Assembly (NCBI RefSeq): GCF_009914755.1
Contig: NC_060932.1
DNA from: the human T2T-CHM13v2.0 reference genome, Homo sapiens
Strand: one strand, 5' to 3'
Length of the DNA stretch: 64,000 nt
The notes beneath the pieces were generated by a model. That model made no database searches and was not told the DNA's origin. It saw only the letters and a list, made by a program, of their open reading frames with translations. The first letter of the stretch is position 1. Each line of letters opens with the position of its first letter. This document shows positions 49,846-62,860 of this stretch, piece by piece. The position numbers were made by a program, and so were the translations under genes.

Positions 49846-51409
49846 GTTTACAACTCCCTAAGCAAATCTGAAACCAGTATCTTGTTCCAAAGGTATTTGG
49901 GAAGAACATCTAGTAGATGTCCCTATTTTCTAAGATCAGAATAAATCTAAGTCTTCATTTCATTTTCTGGCTTCATGTTCAACCTGTAGTTCTGGGATCA
50001 GTCAAAGCGGATTTTTACTGGGGTTTAAGAATACTGCAAGAACGATGCGATTCATTTTTTCCCATGTTATTCCATCAAAAGTACATGACCTCCAAATCAG
50101 AAAATGTTCCCACATACCACCAAACACAGAAATTACTATGGCAAGCAACAGTCCAAAATGAAGACTCTCCAAAACAAAAGCCGGGGGAAGGGCAATGTGT
50201 AGTTTTATTTATTTGGTTGAGGAAAGGGAGACAAGAAGATGAACCCCAGCACTTGAACAGTCACCAGCTACTTCACTGGCCTACTACTAACTGAATTATA
50301 GATCATTTATAAGTTTTAGTTAGCATTATGTTGGGAATTTCATATTTACACATAAACTCTACACATTTAAAGTTTTTTGAAAAACACAAAAACTGTCAAG
50401 CAACTCATCAAACTGATTATTTTTCCATGCTATAAAATGTCACCCTTTGGGAATCAAAAACTGTTAAAAGTGCATCAGATGCAACAGCTGATTTTTCCTA
50501 ACTACATGGATTACCTAATCCACAAGAGGAGAGAAATGTCTTCCAAAAGAACTAAAAGTCAGATACATATCTCATATTCTTCTTCATGGCTACATGAAGC
50601 ACTTTATCAGACGAGTCAAGTGACCCATTCTCACCAATTATTCAAATAATATTCACATAGTACATGCTTATATTCTCTATCCTAATCAAAGAATCCTTTC
50701 AGTTGCTGATTAGACAGCTGAGAGTTAGAAGCAGTTTTCATACATCTATTCTTTTCTTTTATAAATCTTCAACATAATGAGTGAATGCAGTCTTTCAATT
50801 AATGGAAAGACTATCTTAATTTACAAAGTAAAGCAAAAGCAAATATATACAAAACATTAAATTCAATACATAGTTAAAGAATACTTCAAAGTTAAAGAGT
50901 CAATTTAAAATCAAAATAAAACCCTTGTGTTTTTTCTTTGCATTTATTGTCTGCTTCACATAAAAGTAGGTCACTTTCCATAAATGGTAAGTCCTTGCTT
51001 GAACCAGGTAAGTCTGTTCATTAATATGAGACTGAATTTATATCTCCTATAATTTTATATAAAATCTAAATATAGATAATTCTTTAAATTCATTGTAATT
51101 AACTTATAAGAATAAGAAGAGAGCTTGTACATTTTTTGAAATTTGTAAAATGCAGCCTCCAGTAGTACAACATACTAAAAGGTCATCTAAATTAAGACAC
51201 TAAAACATATTCGGATTAAAGACAGATTATTCAATGAAATATTCAGCTACTATGAAAAGTCAGTATCTCCAGGAGTTCAAAATAGAAAATGTAGACAGTA
51301 CAGTCAAAGCACTTAGCCAAAAATATTTTAACAGAGCACCACTGAAAATAAAGTGAAAAGCTGTCAGCTAGATCTAAAGCCACTTTTAGCCTAAATAACA
51401 AAAATATAC

Positions 51410-51425
51410 CTTTATCTTCAGCCAT
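51410..51425 (-). CDS. ASPH: Coding part of the muscle (P2) first exon 1a: MAEDK(E), N-terminus of junctin/junctate
   Basis: AAAATGG Kozak context; ATGGCTGAAGATAAAG|GTATAT; phase 1 joins exon 2. Confidence 0.95.
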
Positions 51426-51539
51426 TTTGATTTCTTCAATCCATGAATAATAAATGCTAAAGTAAAACAAAACAAAAAAAAAAACTCAAAAGTACTGCTG
51501 GCAGGTTTTAGGCACACTGCATGCACTTGCCTACCAGAG

Positions 51540-51720
51540 CTTGAGACTGGCCAATCCCTGCACTGTAAGGGCCTCTAGAACTGAAATTGGACCTGACTAC
51601 AAACTCTGCTCACCAGTTATTTTTAGAGGCTAAATGCTGCTAATCACCACTTAGGCTGAAGTGCACTCCCTAACAACACCACAGCCTTTCTCCCACTTAC
51701 GGGATTCTTTTCCCAGTTGG
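51540..51720 (-). promoter_or_regulatory. P2 muscle promoter region with MEF2 box CTAAAAATAA (51617-51626), MEF3-like TCAGGTC (about 51590-51596) and NF-kB-like GGGATTCTTTTCCC (51701-51714)
   Basis: Motifs seen directly upstream of exon 1a; MEF2 control of this promoter is recalled knowledge; exact TSS not determinable here. Confidence 0.75.
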
Positions 51721-52485
51721 TCCTAGCTAACTCCAACCCCTAAAAAATCAAGCATGCTGAAAAAAAATGAAATGGAACAAACTGTGCTGCCAGTTTTGTT
51801 TTCTTGGAAGCAGGCTTTAACGGCTTTAGCTTAAGCACCAATTCATTGAAAACTCAAACAAGTCTTGCTATAAAATATGGCCCCAAGCCCAGAAACAGTT
51901 TGATTTGGCCCTTCAGAATCTAATAAAATGGCTACAAGGAAAGACCATTAGATTGCTTGAATGAAACAAAACCATACATAGTAAGAAATTAATCAATGCT
52001 CTAGAATTCTTACTCACAGACACCATCCCAGGAATAATTCCTCCAACAGCAAAAATAAAGCACCAACATAAAATGTTTCACTAGAAAAGGAGGGACAGAG
52101 GACTGGTGGGAAGGAAAGAAATAGAAGGAAGGCTGGGAGGTGAGGAGAGGGAAAGAAAAATCTTCAGGAGTAAGAATAATGACCTGGGAAAGATCATCTT
52201 GAAAGGGAACTAGGAAAAGATTACACAACCACATTCTGATTTTTTTTTTCAACTTCTCCCCAACCTCATCTCCAAACATTCTCTTCTGGGAAATAAAATC
52301 AGCCATTTATTCACTGATCTAACATTAGCAGTTCACAGAATTCATTAGAGTTCTGATTAGTATACTAAATTAATTTAGCACAAATAGTATCTAGAGCAGG
52401 CAGCAACCTTTCTAAGTTGTTTATAAGACTAAATTTTTCACTCAAATTTAAAGCTTCACAAGCAAATTAAAAATTTAAAAGCTTT

Positions 52486-53004
52486 GAATACTACTAGTAA
52501 TTTCCAGTGGCTTACGGCAAGAATATATTGCCAATATTTCTTCTGGAAGAAAAAATGAAATTCTTGTTAAAAGGATATGCACATTTTTAAAAAATACACC
52601 ACTAGATCAATTTTTCAAAAAGGGCCATAAAAATTAAATCCGTCTGAGAGTGTGTGTGTGTGTGTACACTGAAACACATATATTCAAAGCTAAATGTTAA
52701 CTACAATATTAAATTATTAGCAATATTTTATCTATCCTTTTATAATATCAAATAAATGAGGTGTTACTCTAGTATTATTAACCTTATTACTATTGATATT
52801 TACTAGTTCCAAAAAGGAACAAAACACTAAATTATAGAAGGGATTCTTTCCTCAGATGCCTGTTTTAGGGGCAGTTTTTATCAAAAGCAAACAATATACT
52901 CTTGATATGTCACTTTGTAAATATGGTGTGCCTAGTCTCAAAGGGAAGATCAGTTTCTGTCCAGTGAAACTATTGAATGCATGGTAAGATAAAGCCTTAA
53001 GAGG
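52486..53004 (+). repeat. Chimeric copy of segments A and B, fused
   Basis: 52486-52684 matches 47302-47502; 52686-53004 matches 49526-49845; direct orientation. Confidence 0.95.
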
Positions 53005-54412
53005 TTGGTACCATAGTCTGCAACCTATGGTACCAACATTTGATGGTCCAGGTTTAGGACAGAGTGAAGTAGGTAGACATCATGGCCAACTAAACAAAAT
53101 GGTCTCAGGTGCCCTCTGGCCAAGCGTCCTTTCCCCCATTATTTTCTTCAAAGATCTGTCCCACTAAACTTAGTGCTTGCTAAATTGTTAAATGATAATG
53201 AATCACTTGTTGACAGGGGTTAAGGTGACCCACCATTTCGTCACCATACAAATTTATTAAGACAAATATTCTGGAAGCTTCCTTTCATTGTGTTGTTTTT
53301 GGAGGGAGAATGACAGCAACACGATACCCCCATGGGTGAGACCACTAGAAACCAAACCCCTACACTGATCCAGCAGGCAGCTTGGTATGCTTTCATACTT
53401 AGACACCTGGATTTGCTTCACGGCTTCTCCATTAAATTTGATTTGGGGGAAGTCATCAAACTTCTAGGCCTGAATTTCCTTGCTTATAAAATGGGTCTCC
53501 GCACAAACTAGGCATGCAAATATTTGTTGGAGTCATCAGTGAAACAAACTTCTATTGATTCAATCGTGACTAGTGCATAAATAACCTTACCCCCAATTTA
53601 GAGCTCGTTTCATAATCCCATCTGCCCCTGCAACTGCTGGAGCTGATAGGGTTTCTTCTCCTCTCTTTACTGGCCTGTGCAAGGTCAGCTCCACTCCAAA
53701 TTACAGAATGTCTACAGCTAAACGTCAAACTGTAGGAATCACAGCTATTAAAATGTGATTATACCTTACCCCAAGACTTCTTCAACACAGCTCCAATTAT
53801 TTCTCCTTGACAAATCTTTATCAAGCACTTTCACAAGTCCTCTAGTTAATCTTTTGTCTTTTGCAATAATTGAATAGTTATTTTGATAAAAATGTCTTTC
53901 CTCCTCAGTTCACAATGACAATGACATACCTGATATTTTAGATATGGAGATCAGGAGAAAACCCTCTGAAATATCATTTAATCTATCATAACACTTTTTA
54001 AAGAACAATAAATTCTGAATTCTGAACAACTGCCTCTTATAATGACAATTCATTTTTATGATGGAGAATGTTTATGAAAAGTTTAAAAATAAACTTAATT
54101 TGCATATAGTAAATCATGTTTTTAAAACTTTAGCAAACGCAACTAAAATGACACTAAGTTAACTATTCCTTGTAACAGCTACTGGTACTAATAGCAACTC
54201 CAAGTCTAAGCAAAGACCAAACTTCCAACGTGTGTTCTGAGACCATTAGTATCAGCCTAATGCCACTCGCAACCAGGGGAGCCAGGACATATGCCCACTG
54301 AGTCGAGGGTTCTACCTCCCTCCAAAAACCTTCCAGGTGAAAATCCATCAGCCTTCTCATGAGTCAGCACTGAATACTTCCTTCCCCTCACCCCGGATCA
54401 GCTATCATTACA

Positions 54413-54590
54413 GCAATGGTTCTCAAACTCTGAGCATGTCAGAGTCAAACAGGGCTTGTTAAGACATGATGCCGACCTTAACCCCAGAGTTTCTGATTTT
54501 GTAGGTCTGGAGTGGGACCCTGGAATTGGCATTGCTAAGTCCCAGATGATCTGATGTTGCTGGTCTAGGGACCACATACAAAGAATACTA
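54413..54590. mobile_element. MER5A hAT-Charlie MITE
   Basis: CAATGGTTCTCAAACT...CCCCAGAGTTTCTGATT..GTAGGTCTGGAGTGGGACCC...CTGATGTTGCTGGTCTAGGGACCACA. Confidence 0.85.
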
Positions 54591-54759
54591 TACCAGCGGT
54601 CCCTAATTCTCAGGGTCTCAAGGAAGGGAAGTAGTTCTTGCTTTTACCAATTTCCAGACCATCATTTCCTTACCCACCAGAAGCAAAAAAAAAAAGAAAA
54701 AAAGAAAGCGATGACATCAACAACAAAACCCTGCTCCCTGCTCCTCTGTGGTCTATGAC

Positions 54760-57530
54760 ATCTAATTATCCAACCCTCCACTGTGCCTCATTGCTGTCAT
54801 CCACCACCTCCAGTGACTTTCCCACTCCCACCCCATGCTCAGGGAAGTCTTCTACACCCCAAGTCCAGCCGTAACCATGTGATTTCAATGTCTATCCCTG
54901 TGGCCAGCTAGACAGGTGCTTTTTGCTTCATTTCTTCATCCCCAGAGACCTTGTTCGCCTCCATTTTATATCCAACACTCATTCTTACATTCTTACCATG
55001 GACCTCATCATAAACGCAACCTAATTCACGTTCCTCTTCACACCTTGTTTCTTGTTGGATGACACAAGCGGCCATCCTAACAGATTCCGTAACCCTGCTA
55101 AGAAGGCTCTGCTTTTTTGGCTCCATCATAATGACTGTAAAGTGTCACAAGATAGTGAAAATATGATTCTTTAAAACAAAAACAAAATTTTTTTCATCTA
55201 CACATCGTACCCAAAGTTAACAGGAGAGAATTATAACATTTTCAAACTAACACTAAACAACCAGTATTACCAAATAACAAAATGCAACTCTGCAGACACA
55301 AGTCAAACCTGCTTAGACAGACTCCCACGGCCACCACCACTGGGGAAGGCCACCTCCACATGCAAGGGTTTAGGTTCTCTCACCACACGACGCACAGAAT
55401 GGGAACATTCACTCTTTGATCACAACTTCCTACATCTCCACTTTGTTTCCTCAACATTTTCTTCTTGGATCCTGTAGTTCTCTTATTTCTGCTTCCTGCA
55501 TATCCCCTCTTCACCTCCTGCCTTCATATCCATCAGTGGCCATCTTAGACTCCACAGTTGACCATTTACATCACTCCAGCGACTCATGAGCCTTTGTTGC
55601 TCCTCTATCAGTTCACTGCGTGGACTGCCGTGACTGCCTCCCTGGGTGAACACAAGTATCCCCCGCCACAGAGGCAAGGGCAGCTGGGCTCACGGAATCA
55701 AGATCAGGAACTGAACACAGCAGAGCCAGCCTCAGCTGGGCCTCGGTGCTGCCTGCCACCCTCCCATATTCTCTACAAACTCACCTTGCCATTCTTTATG
55801 ATGACTATGTCAAACTTCTCTGCCCCCAATGTATCCTACCTCCTCATACTCAAACTGCCATAGCCTCATACTTCACAGAGAAAACAGAACCCTCAGCAGG
55901 AAGCTATCCTGAGTGCCCAATGCCCAGCACACAAACCTGCCCTAGCCTGCATCCATTCCGAGTTTCTCCTCAGCTACCTCGCACTCTGCACTGTCTCTTC
56001 TCGCCCCTTCTCCCCCAGCCTCACTGCCTTTGCCAGGTTTCCCTCCATCCCGCTGCTAGCCCCCATGTCATCTTGCTCTTCCCATCACAGATGAAATTCT
56101 CCACAGAGCCGCTGTTTCTCTGTTTTCATTTTCTAACCTCCCACTCACTCCTTACAACCTGTAGGCTTCCATCTGGTTTCTGCACACGGCTCCAGCATAG
56201 TGGCTCTAATGTCACATCAATGATTTCCATGTCATTAAACCCAACGCAAAACTTTCAGTCCTCATCTGACTTGACCCTCTCAGCAGAACTCTCCCTCCTT
56301 CTTCCACACTCTCTTCCCTCGACTCTCATGACTTCAGAATCTTGTGGCACTCCTAACACCTCTTTAAACTTCGTAGTTTTCAGTCTCCTTTGCTAGCTCA
56401 CTCTCATCTAGTTGATTTTTAAGTGTGAAAATTCTGTAATACTTGTTCCTATGCCACCTCTCTAGTTCACTTCAGCTATCATCTACATGACTTACCTTTT
56501 TCTCTCCTTTGAGCTCCACAACCATGTGTCTACTCAATATCCCATTTGAATGACTTACAAAAACCTCAAATTCCGCATATACACAATAAACCATGGTCTT
56601 TCCCCTTTCCTGTTCAGTGTCCTAAATCTCAGAAGCACTTCTGTGAAGCCAGTTGCTTAGACAAAAACACCAGGATTCATCCTTGACTTTTGTCCCAAAA
56701 ACTCACCTCTCAAAATTGAGTTTATCATCTGGCTGTTGCAAACGGGTGATTACAACGAGGCCAAGATATGGATTCTCCTCAGCACCTGGGTCACCCTTGT
56801 CCATTTACCACAGCATAGTTTTTAAAAGCATTTGCGTGTGCCATGACATTAAAAAGTGAGAAACTCTGTCTCAAGTTCCAACGTTCTTTCAACTGTGATC
56901 ATCAAAATCCAAGTTATCATCATCTCCTAGGTGATTTCAATAACTTAGCATACACTTTTCTACTCCATACAGCAGACAAAATATTTTTTAAATCTGATTA
57001 TAGCACTGACCTGTTAAAAATCCTTTAATGTCTTAATACTGCTTTCGAGATAAAATACAACATCTTCCATGTGGCCTACAAGGAAGGCTCCATGTGATGG
57101 GGCCCCAGCCCGTGGCTCCAGTCTTAGTGTTGTGTCACCCCCCTAGCTGCCTAGACACCTGCCCAAAATACCTGACCATGGTCTTTCCTGTCTCGGGCTC
57201 TCAGCCCAGACTTTTCCCTTTTCCCATGTCAAAGCTGCACCATCACATACAACCCCCACACCCCAGCTATTGCCAGCTCACTCTGCTTACAAACCACCTC
57301 CTCAAGGAAGCCTTCCTCACTTCCCTTACTCTCACAGCAGTGTGCACCTCTTTACCACGTTATTACACTGCTACTTAGACAACTATACAACAACTGATTT
57401 CTTAATCTCTTTCCACCTCCAGAATGTAAGTTTCATGCAACAAGGAACTGAATCTGCCACGTTCATTACTGTACACTTCCCTTGGATCTATCTACTAGGA
57501 ACTCAATAAAATAATCACTTGTGAAATAAG
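54760..57530 (+). mobile_element. Long fragmented L2 remnant
   Basis: L2 ORF2/3'UTR-like C/T-rich text (TCAGTCCTCATCTGACTTGACCCTCTCAGCAG) ending AGGAACTCAATAAA...TGTGAAATAA; boundaries approximate. Confidence 0.7.
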
Positions 57531-59491
57531 TGGATACATTCCTTCCCAAATCCTTGATATGGTATGAGTAATCAAACTTCTTCTGCTAACACTTTAGAAA
57601 TAAGGGAGCAACTTATTGCTTAGTTGTTTGGGCTGTCAAGTCACTTCAGGTTTCCCCATCTCCATGAATTTAATGATCCTAAAATTAATTCACTAGAGGA
57701 AAAGACCTACAAATAGCTAAGAGAGAGAAATTCAGAAAGCAGCCCAGTGGTTTCTAGACTCTGATTTCAGACTCAGATTCGTCCCTTCACCAAGTTTTCA
57801 CAGTTCTATCTCAGGTGAATTCCTCCCTGATTGATCTTGGATGACTGTCACATGGGCTGTACATGAGTGGGGCCAGGTAGGACAGGCTCTGTAGCCTCCT
57901 CCACCTGTCCTGGCAAACACCAGATGCTGCTCTCTTGACTGCCCCTGTGTAGAAAGGCACCATGGCTGGAAGAATGACAAGGGGCGCCATGAGTTTTAGA
58001 ACTTAGGAAAACAAAATTGAGAAAGCTGCTTGCATTTTCATCAGTATTAGTAAACGAAAGTGAAATATCAGCAATACCCATTTATATCAGCCTCCAGGTA
58101 TTTTTGGAACCTTTACTATCCTTTAGAATACCCAGCTAAGGAGCTACTGCCCTAGCCCACACCTCTGTGCTAATACCGATTTACTGCAGCAGAGAATGTG
58201 AATCAAAATATGGGTCCACCCATGCCTGTCATACGAATTTGTGATGGACCCAAACACCACTGATAAGAAGATAAAAACACAATATAAATAGTAGTTAACC
58301 TCACAGGCTAGTTCCTCAAGCCAGGCCTAATGAGTCGGCTCTGCAAACGTAATTATTTCTCCCTACAGAGCACTCAATAGAGAAGACGGTCTCATAGAAA
58401 AAAAAAAACCATTCCTCTGGGCTATTCAATTGTCCACATGGGTGGGTGATAATTATTAGCATGGTGTTCAAAATAAGACAGTCTCTCACTGGCCTGAGAG
58501 AAGCAAAAGGTGTAAAGGAAGATGAGCTATGTCCACTGAGAAACTCTGAGGTGGTGAAAGAAAAGTTATTACAATGAATAAAAAAGGTTATTTTTTCAAA
58601 ACTAAGAAACAAAAAAGCTTAATCCTGCTTTAACTCTAAATTTCAAGGCAATGAGACAAGGACACACTGCCAATATGGACAACTAACACTGGTTTACAGC
58701 TGTGTCCATGAAGACTCTTTGACTTTAACCTATTTTGACAGCAAAAGATCCATGGCCCTCCTCCCCACCAGTTCCCACTTTCTGGAGCAAAAGAATCCAG
58801 CATTTAAAATAAAGTGCCCTACAGATGCAAATGGGGAGGAAAGTGAGGGATTACAAAAATTCATTAGCACAGCATACACAGAAGAATCCTGTAAATTATA
58901 AAACACACGTCTTACAGTTGAGTTAGTAGAAAACCATAGGTCAAAAAACAGTTGATACAATTATGAATTATAATACATCTTGGGGATATTATAAGGATAT
59001 TGGGAAAACTCTATATTTTCTCCTTCTGTACTCTCACCCCACAGTCAACACAGAATATTCCTGCAGCCCCTGGTCACTAAAACATGTGGGGATTTCTCCT
59101 CACCAGCAAGTAAGCAATCAATTCTGCAGCCAATCAATTCTGCAGTAGACACCAGCTGGCTGTCCTCTAATTCAATTCAGTTCTGACACTATCTACTTGC
59201 AGATAGTGTCAGATCCCACAGGTTGAGGGCTCAGTCTCACAAGACTGTCTCTACTTCTGAGGCCAGTCACAAGTAGTAGGTTGTCACCTATACTTCAGAC
59301 CAACTGGCTATAAATCGGGGTTCCCAACACCCCCTCCTCCAGTTTGATTAATGCGCTAAAGGGGTTCACAGAACTCAGAGAAACACATTTACTAGTTGAT
59401 TATAAAGGATATTACACAGGATGCAGATGAACAGCCAGATGGAAGAGATGCATAGGGCAAGGTATGTGGGAAGAAGTGCCAAGTTTCCATG

Positions 59492-60180
59492 TGTTTAAAG
59501 AAAAACTTTGGCCAAATTAAAATTATTTTATTTGATTTTAATTTAGACAGAGTCTCACTGTGTTTCCCGGGCTGGAGTGCAGTAGTGCAATCAGAGTTCA
59601 CTGTAGCCTTGAACTCCTAGCCTTGAATGCAATCCTCCCACCTCAGCCTCCTGAGTAGCTGGGACCACAGGCATGCACCGCCATATGCAGCTAATTAGAA
59701 AAAAAAAAAATGTCTTGTAAAGACAGAGTCTTGCTTTGTTGCCCACGCTGGTCTTGAACTCCTCCTGGCTTCAAGCAGTCCTCCCACCTCCACTTCCCAA
59801 AGTGCTAGGATTACAGGTGTGAGCCACCACACCTGGCTGACAAATTAAATTTACAGAGTTTAATTTAGCAAAGAACAATTGTTGAATTGGGCAGGACCCA
59901 GAAGCAGTTCAGAGACTCCAGGGCTGCCACAAGGTCAGGTAATACTTATGGACAGAAAAAGGCACAGAAACAGCTGGATTGGCTACAGCTTAGTGTTTGC
60001 CATATTTGAATATAGTTTGAACAGTTGTACCCCTGTGACTGACTAAAATTCTGTGACTGATACAAGGGTAGGTTACAGTCTGTTTATTCATTTAGTTACG
60101 TTACGATTTACTACATATGGAAAAGCCTTTAGGCTGAACTTGAAATAGGCAAGGAGGCAGCTTTAGGCTAAACTTAAACA
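59492..60180 (-). mobile_element. MER57-type ERV1 solo LTR with 4-bp TSD CATG
   Basis: TGTTTAA...TTAAACA termini; CATG at 59488-59491 and 60181-60184; reverse complement starts TGTTTAAGTTTAGCCTAAAGCTGCCTCCTT. Confidence 0.8.
59523..59838 (-). mobile_element. AluJ inside the MER57-type LTR
   Basis: Diverged reverse Alu; CAAATTAAA on both sides. Confidence 0.9.
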
Positions 60181-60654
60181 CATGTCATGCCCTCTTTGGG
60201 CACACTGTCTCCTCTATTAATCTTTGTCAGCTATCTGGAAGCTCCAGGAACCATCTTTTTAGTTTTTTATGGACACTTCATTACTTAGGAATGACTGATT
60301 ACATCAATGGTCACTAGTGATCAAGTTAACTTTTAGCCCCTCTCTCCTCCCAGAGGTTGGGGGTGGGGCTGAAAGTTCCAATCTTCTAACGATGCCTTTG
60401 TCTTTCCTGTGACCGGCACCCATCCTGAAGCTATCTAGGGGCTGTTAGCCGCCAGTCAATTATTAGCGAAAGACACTCTTAAGACTCTGGGAGACCACAA
60501 GGGTTTTAGGAGATGTATGTCAGGAAACAAGAAGAAGACCAAATATATATTTCACAATATCACAGATGGCCAACAAGCTCTTACTAAATAAATTAATAAT
60601 AAAAGTGAGTAACAGTAATAAACACCAACAATGGCTGCAACTAAAAATTGCATA

Positions 60655-60910
60655 AACAATTAACTTTACCCAAAGAGAAGTCTGGTCTTTGCCCTTGGTT
60701 ACTTCAGTGGGGTCTCCAGATCCCAGGAATGTTCTGCCTGATAACAGTGTCTTTGCCTGGGGGCTTTGGCCACTGGACAGCCTAACCAAGTGGGCGCTGG
60801 GACATGCCATATCAGTTGTGATCTCCAGAGGACCCTGGGGACCCCAAAATTATAGCTGGTGCCTGAAGTGAGGGCAGTCTTGTGAGAACTATTCCTTCAG
60901 ACTGTATGGT
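60655..60910 (+). mobile_element. MER77/MER21-related LTR fragment
   Basis: CCCAAAGAGAAGTCTGGTCTTTGCCCTTGG...TGCCTGATAACAGTGTCTTTG resembles recalled MER77. Confidence 0.55.
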
Positions 60911-62409
60911 TTGCCTAACTTCTTGCAGAAACCATGATCAACTGAATAAACAGGTGATGCCCTAACAGCGGCCTTCACCCTAACAGCATGAAGTCTGACT
61001 TTTCCTACATACAGATCAGTAAAAATTTCACAACTTTGCCAAAAGCTAAATAACCACACTTCTGTAGAATAGTGAATCTCATATTTCAATCTACTTGGTA
61101 AGGTACAAATATTTGTTTATAAATTCCAAAAATCCCTCGCCATAAGACAAATGAGAGAGGGGTACTGCAGGTACTGCAAGGTAAGTTTCTTGTTTCATGG
61201 GCCTCAGTAAAATGAAAAATAATGAATAAATGAAGTATATTATCTCATGTCTCTTCTAATTCTAAAAATTCATTATTCTAATTCACAAAATCTCGACTCT
61301 TTAAATTAAATCACCAGACAGTTGCAATGAGAAAAAAAAAATCAAAAAGTTTCTCTTAACTGTGAGTTTCACTCTATCAACCCTAGAAAATCCTAAGAAA
61401 AATTTTTAAAAAGCAGTATTATAGAGGAAGGCACATAGTTTACTTGCAAGACTGTGAAAAAAAATTCCATTTTATAATAAAAACTTAAAAAATTTCTAAG
61501 AGAGATATCAAGAGTTCTCTGCAGGAGAATGCCTGTCAGAGACCAAGGGTGCCTGCAGGGAGATTGACTTCTCATTCCCCAGTGGATGTCCACTCAAGCA
61601 ACGGACTCCATGGCCCACCCTATGCCTAGTTGAACAGCAGAGGGAACTGGGGAATGACGGCTACAGAGAAAGGTGACGGCTACAAGGGAGCTCAAGCTCC
61701 AGGCAAAATGTCAGCTTCCCACAAATCCAAGAGGGCAGCAGGGAAGTACCAGCGTTTGTACCATTTTGCCAGCACCTCACTCAAAAGGGCTGACTGACAC
61801 ACAATGGGCTCCCAAGAGCAAGGGGGGATGAAGTATTCTGCCAGGAGTGGAGGCCCAGGGGATTGAGGGTGGACCAAGTCATGTGTCACAGGGAGGGTCC
61901 ATACCAGGCCTTTCAAAGAACTCACATGGGCAGTGTTTGAGCACCTGTCACTTGTGAATAACCATGCCAGTCAATCTTATCAACTTAGAGAGGAGACTGA
62001 GAGGGGCCTCACCCCCTTTTCCTCCCCAGCACAGCCCCAAAGGCAAACCACAGGAAAGCACACTCACTCCTTCCCCTCCTGCCCTGCTGCAAAGGGGAGA
62101 CAGGAACATAAGCACCGAAAATGAGATCAGCTCTAATCCAGACAGACTTTTAAAAAGAGTGACTGAGATGTTAAGTTCTGTCCCAAAGATGGTCAAGATC
62201 CTCTGCTACCAAGAGCAAACAGATTAATCTATCCCAACTGTGCACAACGAATGGAGAAAAATGAAGCTATTTCCTGTTAGCATCCAGGCAGATAAAGATG
62301 CCTCAATAAAATGGCTACAAAATGTGCTTCCATATGTCGGGCTCAACCACAGGAAATTGTCAGTTTCTGACCCACAAAAATGGCTATTTCACAGGAAACA
62401 AACAACGTA

Positions 62410-62860
62410 AGAATTTCCCCAATGTTTTACTATGAAAATTTGCAAAACACAACAAAGCTGAAAGGATTCATAACACTTAGATTCCGCTACAATATTAACA
62501 TGGTATTATATTGTTTGTAGCATACCTATTCATCCCTTTACATCATCACCTTGTTTGTATAATGCATTGCAAAGTAAACTGTAGACATCAGCACACATCT
62601 CCTAAATAATTCGGCATGAGTATCATAAACTATAGTTACACATTTCTTTATAGTTATTTAAAGTGAAATTTACACAAAATGAAATGCATAAATTTTAAGT
62701 ATACATTCCCTGAGATTTAACAAGTGTATACAACATGTAACCCAGATCCCTATCAAGATCTAGAACATCAATATTTCTGCTTAAATTCCCTCATGGCCAT
62801 TTCCATTGCACCCCATCCCCAGCCTCAGAGGTGGCCCCACTGTTCTGCTTTTTTTCTCAC
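62410..62860 (-). mobile_element. Old L1M (MC/ME) 3' fragments
   Basis: GTGAAATTTACACAAAATGAAATGCATAAATTTTAAGTATACA...CCCTATCAAGATCTAGAACAT. Confidence 0.7.

Larger units (their letters stand above)
59001..60564 (-). mobile_element. MER21-type LTR split by a nested insertion
   Basis: TAATTCAATTCAGTTCTGACACTATCTAC...GTCAGATCCCACAGGTTGAGGGCTCAGTC; terminus AAATATATATTTCACAATATCACA. Confidence 0.8.

Noticed and set aside
52677-52695. Idea that the A+B fusion is a retrocopied spliced RNA
   Set aside because: No convincing GT-AG at the source ends on either strand, and no poly(A) tail or TSD
55746-56396. Longest ORF in the track (216 aa)
   Set aside because: GTG start, lies in a C/T-rich L2 remnant that is stop-poor; no recognisable domain
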